From positions 1 through 24,000 of the forward strand of contig JAVZQA010000008.1 in the NCBI GenBank assembly GCA_038881315.1: a DNA stretch of 24,000 bases, written 5' to 3'. Both the position numbers and the translations under genes were made by a program. This document shows, one piece after another, positions 7,473 through 14,721 of this stretch (the first letter of the stretch is position 1; each line of letters begins with the position of its first letter). This DNA comes from Methanomassiliicoccales archaeon. GTDB taxonomy: Archaea; Thermoplasmatota; Thermoplasmata; Sysuiplasmatales; Sysuiplasmataceae. The notes under the pieces were generated by a model. That model was not told where the DNA came from. It did not search any database and saw only the letters and a program-made list of their open reading frames with translations.

Positions 7473-7835
7473 TCACAACCTCAGGCCAAACGCGTTGGTA
7501 AAATCCTCCAATCTTCTGAATTCAATCAGATAGTATCTTCCTCTTTCAGTGATCGAGTAATATACCTTGTCCGCTTCCTCAACCCTGCTTATCAGACCGC
7601 TCTGCTCCATATTGGCCAGATATCGCATCAGTCTCTCATAAGAAAGGTTTGCCTTAGTCATTATGTGTGTGGGTCTAGCTTCGCCCTCTCCTTCTATGAC
7701 CCTCAATATGTCCGCGAGGATTCTTGCCCTTGACCTAGACTGATGCTCAGGCAACTGATTGCTTCCCCCGTGGTTTATTGCGAGAGGGATAACTTTCCAT
7801 CGCCATGAAGAGAAGTGCGAATGAAAACACCTCAA
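7473..7835 (-). CDS. Winged-helix transcriptional regulator (COG3432 / HTH_45-like)
   Basis: RSRARILADILRVIEGEGEARPTHIMTKANLSYERLMRYLANMEQSGLISRVEE..YYSITERGRYYL matches the small archaeal wHTH family. The track start at 7835 gives an 89-nt overlap with the upstream membrane gene. An in-frame TTG at 7754 (L28, LPEHQSRSRAR...) gives a 94-aa protein with only an 8-nt overlap and is more plausible. Confidence 0.7.
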   Translation of the reverse strand: MRCFHSHFSSWRWKVIPLAINHGGSNQLPEHQSRSRARILADILRVIEGEGEARPTHIMTKANLSYERLMRYLANMEQSGLISRVEEADKVYYSITERGRYYLIEFRRLEDFTNAFGLRL

Positions 7836-8448
7836 AGACAGTGGTGTAGAGGAGGGTTATTATGAAGAGATGCGGCACCACGGCTAGGAAAAGGTCAAGC
7901 AGGTGTATCAGGAAAAGCAATGCAAAGCTAGCAAGCACCAGTGCGGTGCTAGCTGTTTCGTTTTCCCTATACCAGACATAAACACTTATTGCCGTAACCG
8001 CAAGAACGGCGACAGTTGCGAAATCAAAACCCAGGAAAGTTAAGAGAAACAAACTCAGGATGGTCGCGCTCACTTCAGCCCTGGGTGGAACAAGATATGC
8101 TATCATAATAAGAAAATAAGCGATAAACTGCAGACCTTCGAGTATTGCATTGTACAGGAAATGCCGCTCGAACGGATATGGCCGCGGAAGCAGGTGTAGA
8201 AATGATATGGATGAAATAAGAAGATAAAGCGCAATGAGAATAAACCCAGTTCCTATCAGGGCTAGATTTGCATTGCGCGTGATGCTGTAACCCTTTATTG
8301 CCCTGTAGGATATCATCAATGCAAAAACAAAGGCAATCAACATCAAAACCGATTCTGCTACCTGTATTGCAAATGGCATAATACGCCCGACGGATGTGGC
8401 AAGGGGCACATTTCTTAAACTTATGGACGCAAGGTACGTGTCAGGCAT
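7747..8448 (-). CDS. Hypothetical polytopic membrane protein (about 7 TM)
   Basis: 233 aa, about seven hydrophobic segments, short basic C-terminal tail. No family recognised. It lies immediately upstream of, and probably co-transcribed with, the wHTH regulator. Confidence 0.6.
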   Translation of the reverse strand: MPDTYLASISLRNVPLATSVGRIMPFAIQVAESVLMLIAFVFALMISYRAIKGYSITRNANLALIGTGFILIALYLLISSISFLHLLPRPYPFERHFLYNAILEGLQFIAYFLIMIAYLVPPRAEVSATILSLFLLTFLGFDFATVAVLAVTAISVYVWYRENETASTALVLASFALLFLIHLLDLFLAVVPHLFIITLLYTTVFEVFSFALLFMAMESYPSRNKPRGKQSVA

Positions 8449-8643
8449 CTGCCCTGTAAACTACTTCAATAATATGTAAGCTGGTAGTTCATATCCCTCA
8501 GTATTCTCATTGCAATCTTTTCAACGTCCACTCCCAGCACTGACATGAGAAGATGTCGAGCCCTGTCCCTTTCTTCAATCGTCACGTGAGGAACCTATGG
8601 CGTGGAACGCACGGGAAGAAGATAAAGCCCTGCGATCCGATTA

Positions 8644-8892
8644 TCACTTCCTTTCCCCGCGGAAAGCACGCTTCTCCCTGTATTCCCTTTCCTCTTCCGC
8701 CAGCCTGTCTTCTCCCCCTTTAAGCATCCCTGTCCAGTAAAGTTTGGCGTTCTCCTTTGTAAAAATAACCCCTTTCTGCGACAGGGCCATTCTCATTTTC
8801 TGCCTGAACTGTAATGCCTTGGCCTCATTCCTACCCTTCGGTGTTTCCCCTTCCCAGAGTTTTTCGAATTGTAATTCCTTTTCTGTCGGCAC
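8644..8892 (-). CDS. Hypothetical small charged protein
   Basis: 82-aa ORF rich in Lys, Glu and Arg (..GGEDRLAEEEREYREKRAFRGERK). No recognisable motif. Coding status is supported only by ORF length and the lack of a competing ORF. Confidence 0.4.
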   Translation of the reverse strand: MPTEKELQFEKLWEGETPKGRNEAKALQFRQKMRMALSQKGVIFTKENAKLYWTGMLKGGEDRLAEEEREYREKRAFRGERK

Positions 8893-8991
8893 CTTGATAC
8901 CGGTCAGCCATTTCCCCCCCTATAATTAACCTTTACCTGCCTTGCACCTCAAAAACAGATTTCTAGGTTAAAGTCTTAATATCGATTGTAA

Positions 8992-9483
8992 ATGAACTGT
9001 TTGATTAACATGGCTGATTTGAAAGTTGGTGATAAGGCACCTGACTTCGCTCTCCCTAAGGGCAGGGATCAGATCGTTTCACTCAAGGATTTGACGTCGA
9101 AGGGAAAGGTAGTTCTGGCGTTTTATCCAGGTGATTTCACCTCCGTGTGTACGAATGAGATGTGCACTTTCAGGGACAGTCTCAAGGAATTTGAGAAGCT
9201 GAACGCCACCGTGGTGGGTATCAGCGGAGACAGCTATTTCGTGCATGATGCGTTCAGAAAAGCAAACAATCTAAACTTTGATCTATTGAGTGACTACGAT
9301 CACAAAATTGCAAAGCTCTATGGTGTCAGCTACGATAATTTCCTGGGTCTCAGCGGTGTATCCAAGCGCTCTGTTTTCATTGTGGACAAAAACGGTATAG
9401 TGAGATACAGGTGGGTTACTGAGAATGCAGGCAATCTGCCTGATTTTGAGGAGATAAAGAAGGAGTTGTCAAAGATTAACTGA
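8992..9483 (+). CDS. bcp: Peroxiredoxin, Bcp/PrxQ type (AhpC/TSA family)
   Basis: VGDKAPDFALP...VVLAFYPGDFTSVCTNEMCTF carries the C-x4-C peroxidatic/resolving Cys pair typical of Bcp. The likely true start is ATG at 9010 (MADLKVGDKAPDF). Confidence 0.85.
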   Translation: MNCLINMADLKVGDKAPDFALPKGRDQIVSLKDLTSKGKVVLAFYPGDFTSVCTNEMCTFRDSLKEFEKLNATVVGISGDSYFVHDAFRKANNLNFDLLSDYDHKIAKLYGVSYDNFLGLSGVSKRSVFIVDKNGIVRYRWVTENAGNLPDFEEIKKELSKIN

Positions 9484-9627
9484 GTTACCAGTTAGGGCAT
9501 AAGCCACTGGTTCCTCGCATAACGCATACTTGGGTTAATGAAAGGCACGCCCCGACTGCGAAACCTATTTATTCAAATTCCAATGTCCATCACTTATTCA
9601 ACCAAATGGGCTTCATGAGGTACTCAA

Positions 9628-10056
9628 ATGGCCAGAGGAATGAACACTGCAAGGAAATTGAAGGTAAACAGGAAGCAATTCAGATGGAGTGAGCGCGCAT
9701 ATAAGCGCAGAGTGCTCAGGCTTAAGGAGAAATCCGACCCTCTAGAGGGGGCTCCACAGGCAAGGGGGATTGTGCTCGAAAAAGTGGGTATAGAGGCCAA
9801 GCAGCCTAATTCGGCCATCAGAAAATGTGTCAAGGTTCAGCTAATCAAGAATGGGAGACAGATTACCGCTTTCGCTGTCGGGGACGGAGCCATTAACTTC
9901 ATAGATGAACATGACGAAGTGCTGGTCGAAGGAATTGGAGGGCGAATGGGCCGCTCTTATGGTGATATACCCGGTGTTCGTTATAAGGTAATCAAGGTTA
10001 ACAACGTATCCCTTAACGAGCTTGTCAGGGGAAGAAAGGAAAAACCAGTAAGGTGA
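9628..10056 (+). CDS. rps12: 30S ribosomal protein uS12 (S12)
   Basis: 142 aa. [61 protein letters not shown] is unmistakable uS12. A GAGGT Shine-Dalgarno-like sequence lies upstream. Confidence 0.95.
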   Translation: MARGMNTARKLKVNRKQFRWSERAYKRRVLRLKEKSDPLEGAPQARGIVLEKVGIEAKQPNSAIRKCVKVQLIKNGRQITAFAVGDGAINFIDEHDEVLVEGIGGRMGRSYGDIPGVRYKVIKVNNVSLNELVRGRKEKPVR

Positions 10057-10060
10057 TAAA

Positions 10061-10723
10061 TTGGACGAGGAGAAGCAGCAGGACGAGAATGAGGGGGAAG
10101 GAACAGGTACGGAGCAGGCACAGGAGGAACAGACACAGGAGCAACAACCTGTCCTTCTTTACAACGCCCTGCTTTTCAATAAGTACGACCTTTCCGAGGT
10201 CAGAGTTTCTGATCCGGGACTTGTAAATTACATCAATCTGTCACCAATATATGTGCCGCACACATCCGGTAGACATGCAAATTTGAATTTTGCCAAGAGG
10301 CATGTAAACATAGTGGAGCGACTGGTGAATCAGATGATGCGCACTGAAAATTTCACAGGCAAGAAAACAAAAGCCTTGAAAGTGGTTATGGAGACACTGG
10401 AGATTATAGAAAAGAAGACAAACAGAAATCCTGTTCAGGTTCTAGTTGAAGCAATTGAACATGCCGCTCCCAGGGAGGAAATAACCAGACTACAATTCGG
10501 CGGTATTTCAGTCCCGCGGGCTGTGGATGTTTCTTCATCAAGACGATTGGATCTTGCTCTGCGTCTCATTTGTCAGGGTGCAATCAATGCTTCACACGGT
10601 TCAACAAAGCCGATAGCCCAGTGCCTGGCTGACGAAATAACACTGGCTTCGCAGGGGGATATGACCAGTTACGCTGTCTCAAAGAGGGATGAAACAGAAA
10701 GGGTTGCTATGTCAGCCCGTTGA
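10061..10723 (+). CDS. rps7: 30S ribosomal protein uS7 (S7) with an acidic/Gln-rich N-terminal extension
   Basis: 220 aa. The conserved core starts around LLFNKYDLSEVRVSDPGLVNYINL and ends ..AVSKRDETERVAMSAR. The start is TTG at 10061, 4 nt after an AGGTGAT SD. There is no ATG or GTG in frame between the upstream stop (10049-10051) and the conserved core. Confidence 0.9.
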   Translation: MDEEKQQDENEGEGTGTEQAQEEQTQEQQPVLLYNALLFNKYDLSEVRVSDPGLVNYINLSPIYVPHTSGRHANLNFAKRHVNIVERLVNQMMRTENFTGKKTKALKVVMETLEIIEKKTNRNPVQVLVEAIEHAAPREEITRLQFGGISVPRAVDVSSSRRLDLALRLICQGAINASHGSTKPIAQCLADEITLASQGDMTSYAVSKRDETERVAMSAR

Positions 10724-10741
10724 AATCGAAAGGGGATAGAT

Positions 10742-13700
10742 TTGGGAAGAAAGGAAGATAACATCGCCAGGGCTTCCAAGATAATGGGAGATCCGCGGCA
10801 CATCCGGAACATAGGCACGGCAGCTCACATAGATCATGGGAAGTGCTTCACAGGGGATGCACTTGTCTTTGTTTCAGGTAAGTGGATATCAGCCAGACGG
10901 CTGTTTGAAAGGGGCTCACTTGGAAAGAGGGTGTATGCGGATGAGGGACAGGAGGTGTACGAGGTCAGCGAACGACTAGAAACCCTGTCCTATGATGAGG
11001 CAAGTCGCACCTTCATCCGCAGACCGCTGACGCATGTCTGGAAAATAAGAAACGATACACCACTTGTCAAGATCACCACTGATAGGGGGCTGCCAGTCAC
11101 TGTGACACAGGAGCATAAGTTCTACGTTATTGACGGGGAGCAAGGCTCCGGTTATGGTGCCTCCATCGAACAGCTTTCCAGTAACAAACTCAAGCCAGAC
11201 ATGTTTTTGCTTGCTCCGCCTTGGGTGGAGGAGAAAGCGGAAGAGTTGCATCCCCTTCATTCGGCGCTTACCGCCGAGGAGGTGGCCGGGCTTTATGCTT
11301 CCGGCAATGCTGGGGCAGACGATGATACGGGCGGCGCACTTCTCCAGCTTGACAGGCACAAACTGGCCGAAATCCTTCCCGCTCTCATCTCCTTCGTCTC
11401 CGACCATGCTGTTCCAACGCTCAAGAGGGACATTGCACTCGCAATGGTTATGGTGGGCATGGCGCCCGCAGCCGTCTCCGTGACAGCCGACGAAGGGTCA
11501 GCGAAAACGCTGCAGTTCAGTGCATGTGAAACCGAGGTCCCTTATGCAGCGGCACGCATTCTGAACATTGAAAGCTGCTGGGAACCCTATGTTTACGATT
11601 TCACAGTTGAGGGTACGCACAATCTGCTTGTGAATGGTTTAATCGTACACAACACCACACTCAGTGATAATCTGATTGCCGGTGCAGGAATGATGAGTGA
11701 GGAGCTTGCAGGCAAGCAGCTGATGCTTGATTATGATGAACAGGAACAGGCAAGGGGGATCACCATCAATGCAGCAAATGCATCGATGGTTCATTCCATA
11801 GACGGCGAGGACTATCTGATAAATCTGATCGATACACCAGGACATGTTGACTTCGGTGGAGATGTCACTAGGGCGATGCGCGCAATAGATGGTGTGATCA
11901 TACTTGTGGATGCTGTAGAGCAGGTGATGCCTCAGACCGAAACCGTCATTAGGCAAGCTCTCAAGGAAAGGGTTAAACCGATACTCTTCGTAAACAAGGT
12001 TGACAGACTTATCAACGAACTCAAGGTATCGCCAGAAGATATGCAGCGCCGTTTCATCAATATCATAAATGAGGTGAACAAACGTATCGCAGCTGCTGCC
12101 CCTGAAGGTCTCAAGAAGATTTGGGGGGTAAAGGTAGAGGACGGCACTGTTCTATTCGGAAGTGCTTACAACAACTGGGCAATATCGGCCGCATACATGA
12201 AGAAGACAGGAATAACTTTTGCTGACATCTACAAGTATCTGAGCAACAACGACCAAAAGACTCTCGCTCAAAAGATACCGCTGCATAAAGTCGTGCTTGA
12301 GTCCGTAGTCAGAAATCTGCCCAATCCGATTGAGGCTCAAAAACTGAGAATTCCAGCGATCTGGAAGGGGGATCTGAATTCAGAGGTCGGCAAAGCACTG
12401 TTCAATGTAGATCCTGATGGTCCAACGATCTTCATGGTAACCAAAATAATCGTAGACCAGCATGCGGGTGAAGTCGCTGTCGGCCGACTCTTTTCAGGCA
12501 CTCTTAAGAGAGGCATGGAGCTCTATATTTCAGGTATGCCAGGGACAAACAGGGTGCAGACAGTTGCAATGAGTGTAGGTCCAGACAGAATTCCAGTAGA
12601 AGAGATTAAGGCAGGCAACATTGCAGCAGTCACAGGTCTCAAGGATGCAATTGCCGGCTCCACCGTAAGCTCAATCCCCGATGTGGAACCATTCGAAAAG
12701 ATGCAGCATTACAGCGAGCCTGTCGTAACCGTTGCGATTGAAGCTAAACAGATGAAGGATCTTCCTCGCCTCATCGAAGTTCTGCGCACTATTGCAAAGG
12801 CCGACCCTTCGATTACTGTGGAGATCAACCAGGAAACCGGGGAACACTTACTCAGCGGGATGGGGGAACTGCATCTTGATGTCACTCAATACAGAATTAT
12901 CAATGACTACAAGACGGAAATCAATGCCTCCAAGCCCATTGTGGTTTACAGGGAAAGCGTCGAGGGAAAGGGAGGTCCTTTCGAGGGGAAATCGCCCAAC
13001 AAGCACAATAGATTCTATATCGAGGTCGAGCCTCTTGAGGACCAGGTAATCCGCGCCATAATGTCTGGTGACATCAAAACGGAGGGCAGAATAAAGGACT
13101 CTAAGGCGCTCGCAAAGCAATTGCAGGATCTTGGCATGGAGAGAGAAGAGGCGAGGGGCGTCCAGATGTTTTCGGATACCAATGTATTCATTGACTACAC
13201 TAAAGGTATCCAATATCTGTTTGAAACAATGGAACTCTGCAAACAGGCGTTTGAAGAGGCCATGCGTCTAGGTCCCCTTGCGCAGGAGAGATGCATGGGT
13301 GTTAAGGTTAGGCTGGTTGATGCGAAGTTACACGAAGACAGCATACATCGTGGGCCTGCACAGGTCATACCTGCAACCAGATCTGCCATCTATGGAGCGA
13401 TGTGTCTTGCCAACAGAGTGCTGTATGAACCAATGCAGAAGATATACATCAATGTCCCACCCGATGTCATGGGAGACGCGATCAGGGAACTGCAGCAGAG
13501 GCGCGGCGTTATACTCGATATGCGGCAGGAAGAGGAAAACACAGTGATTGAGGCGAAGGCTCCAGTGTCGGAGATGTTCGGTTTCGCTAGTGCCATAAGA
13601 AGTGCTACGCAGGGGAGGGCTCTCTGGTCCACCGAAAACGCCGGCTACGAGATAGTTCCGAAGGAGATAGCAGATCGTGTTGTTCCTGAGATACGCAAGA

Positions 13701-13750
13701 GGAAGGGACTGAATCCGCAGCCTTATGATGCAAATTACTATGCGGACTGA
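10742..13750 (+). CDS. fusA: Translation elongation factor aEF-2, intein-containing precursor
   Basis: 1002 aa. G1 motif AHIDHGK//TTLSDNL is interrupted. Other motifs: DTPGHVDFGGDV, NKVDR, diphthamide region HEDSIHRGPAQVIPA. The start is TTG at 10742 with AAGGGGA upstream. Removing the 270-aa insert leaves 732 aa. Confidence 0.95.
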   Translation: MGRKEDNIARASKIMGDPRHIRNIGTAAHIDHGKCFTGDALVFVSGKWISARRLFERGSLGKRVYADEGQEVYEVSERLETLSYDEASRTFIRRPLTHVWKIRNDTPLVKITTDRGLPVTVTQEHKFYVIDGEQGSGYGASIEQLSSNKLKPDMFLLAPPWVEEKAEELHPLHSALTAEEVAGLYASGNAGADDDTGGALLQLDRHKLAEILPALISFVSDHAVPTLKRDIALAMVMVGMAPAAVSVTADEGSAKTLQFSACETEVPYAAARILNIESCWEPYVYDFTVEGTHNLLVNGLIVHNTTLSDNLIAGAGMMSEELAGKQLMLDYDEQEQARGITINAANASMVHSIDGEDYLINLIDTPGHVDFGGDVTRAMRAIDGVIILVDAVEQVMPQTETVIRQALKERVKPILFVNKVDRLINELKVSPEDMQRRFINIINEVNKRIAAAAPEGLKKIWGVKVEDGTVLFGSAYNNWAISAAYMKKTGITFADIYKYLSNNDQKTLAQKIPLHKVVLESVVRNLPNPIEAQKLRIPAIWKGDLNSEVGKALFNVDPDGPTIFMVTKIIVDQHAGEVAVGRLFSGTLKRGMELYISGMPGTNRVQTVAMSVGPDRIPVEEIKAGNIAAVTGLKDAIAGSTVSSIPDVEPFEKMQHYSEPVVTVAIEAKQMKDLPRLIEVLRTIAKADPSITVEINQETGEHLLSGMGELHLDVTQYRIINDYKTEINASKPIVVYRESVEGKGGPFEGKSPNKHNRFYIEVEPLEDQVIRAIMSGDIKTEGRIKDSKALAKQLQDLGMEREEARGVQMFSDTNVFIDYTKGIQYLFETMELCKQAFEEAMRLGPLAQERCMGVKVRLVDAKLHEDSIHRGPAQVIPATRSAIYGAMCLANRVLYEPMQKIYINVPPDVMGDAIRELQQRRGVILDMRQEEENTVIEAKAPVSEMFGFASAIRSATQGRALWSTENAGYEIVPKEIADRVVPEIRKRKGLNPQPYDANYYAD
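10844..11653 (+). mobile_element. Intein (270 aa) inserted in the P-loop of aEF-2
   Basis: Starts with Cys (CFTGDALVFV, block A). Has TxxH block B (VTQEH) and blocks F/G YVYDFTVEGTHNLLVNGLIVHN, followed by +1 Thr. Excision restores AHIDHGK-TTL. The middle region carries one degenerate LAGLIDADG-like string, VAGLYASGNAG. Confidence 0.85.
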
Positions 13751-14307
13751 ATGAAGAGATAGACAAGGTAAGCAGCGAAAGCAAACATAATGCCGGAGGA
13801 AAGAAGCCGTACCCCTTCCTCCACTTTTGGATGCTTTCGAGTGGCAGCGCGTATGAGTGCAGGGAATATCAGTATCCAGACTGCAACTGCCAGAAACAGT
13901 CCTACAAGCAGAATGAGCCCGCCTATGTATGCAAATGCCAGACCCGCAGTTATCCACCAGAGTATCTGGAACGGATTGCTGATACCGAACAGGAGTGCCC
14001 TGAAATATTTGCCCTGCGAACGCGCAGGTCTCTCTTCCGTTGCTCTTAACCCGGAAGCGCCGAAATAAGCTATCACTGCTGCCCCTGTCAGTTCAATCCA
14101 TCTTGCATAGGTTGAGATTGAAAGTATGTTATGGATCGCATATATCAGCGCTGCCAGCACAATGTCGGCGCTCATTGCCCCCAATCCAGTTACCACACCT
14201 CTATTCCAGGAGAATGTGGCCTCAGAAGCAATGAGAGCATTCATTGGGCCGGGTGGGATTGTGAGTGAAAATCCAAGTGCCAGGCCCAGGAACAGTGGAA
14301 ACAGCAT
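13738..14307 (-). CDS. LysE/RhtB-family amino-acid exporter
   Basis: 189 aa, about 6 TM. The N-terminal FSLTIPPGPMNALIAS motif is typical of the LysE translocator family. The 3' end overlaps the fusA 3' end by 13 nt. Confidence 0.8.
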   Translation of the reverse strand: MLFPLFLGLALGFSLTIPPGPMNALIASEATFSWNRGVVTGLGAMSADIVLAALIYAIHNILSISTYARWIELTGAAVIAYFGASGLRATEERPARSQGKYFRALLFGISNPFQILWWITAGLAFAYIGGLILLVGLFLAVAVWILIFPALIRAATRKHPKVEEGVRLLSSGIMFAFAAYLVYLFIQSA

Positions 14308-14680
14308 CAGGCACTGTTGTATTACCGACAGTCATAAATTTTGCTCTGACTCAGTGAATTACTCTTCGGGTGGATGGTTATCAATGAAAATCAGAGAATT
14401 TTTTTTAAATATTTTTATTATTTTTAATAATATTTAGCAACCTTTTCTTTACACACTTTTCATAACAGATGCAGATGCTCAGTGATTTCAGTTCAACTGA
14501 GAGATTCCATGAAATGAGAGTGCCTCGTGAATAGGCGTGCTTGTCGTGTGAATGATCACTTCAGACTGAATAATATCGTTAAATCATGGATTATTCCTAA
14601 CATTTTTCTGATATTCAATTACGTATCAAAATCAGATTAGATATATTTTCAAAATATTTTGGATATCTGAAATTTGGCGA

Positions 14681-14700
14681 AATCACGTAATTGATAAATA
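14681..14700 (+). promoter_or_regulatory. Candidate TATA box with an overlapping short palindrome (possible operator) for the ABC transporter operon
   Basis: AATCACGTAATTGATAAATA. ATCA (14682-14685) and TGAT (14692-14695) are inverted repeats separated by 6 nt. The TATA-like gataaata ends 22 nt before the ATG at 14722. The palindrome is short and could be chance. Confidence 0.25.
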
Positions 14701-14721
14701 GCATCTGTCTGATTAAGATAC

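Noticed and set aside
7473-7835. 89-nt same-strand overlap or possible frameshift fusion between the membrane protein and the wHTH gene
   Set aside because: The overlap is an artefact of taking the longest ORF. An in-frame TTG at 7754 gives a normal-length (94 aa) HTH_45-type protein, and the extra N-terminal 27 aa (MRCFHSHFSSWRWK...) look non-coding.
7747-8448. A 233-aa 7-TM protein looked rhodopsin-sized
   Set aside because: There is no Lys in the last transmembrane segment (HLFIITLLYTTVFEVFSFALLFMAM) for a retinal Schiff base, and no other rhodopsin motif.
13328-13957. 209-aa minus-strand ORF spanning the fusA 3' end and the LysE gene region
   Set aside because: It is antisense to strongly conserved EF-2 domain IV/V codons and out of frame with the LysE ORF. 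Its Cys/Arg/His-rich composition suggests it is spurious.
14560-14625. Possible C/D-box sRNA (aatgatca ... ctga ... atggatta ... ctga)
   Set aside because: The C box deviates from RUGAUGA. The C-to-D' spacing is only 7 nt, too short for a guide, and there is no terminal stem. This is most likely chance in AT-rich DNA.
14308-14721. Possible replication origin (long AT-rich spacer with a 40-nt A/T tract)
   Set aside because: I found no repeated origin-recognition-box-like elements of the TTCCAGTGGAAA type. Only a single weak attccatgaaat is present, and there is no adjacent orc1/cdc6 gene.
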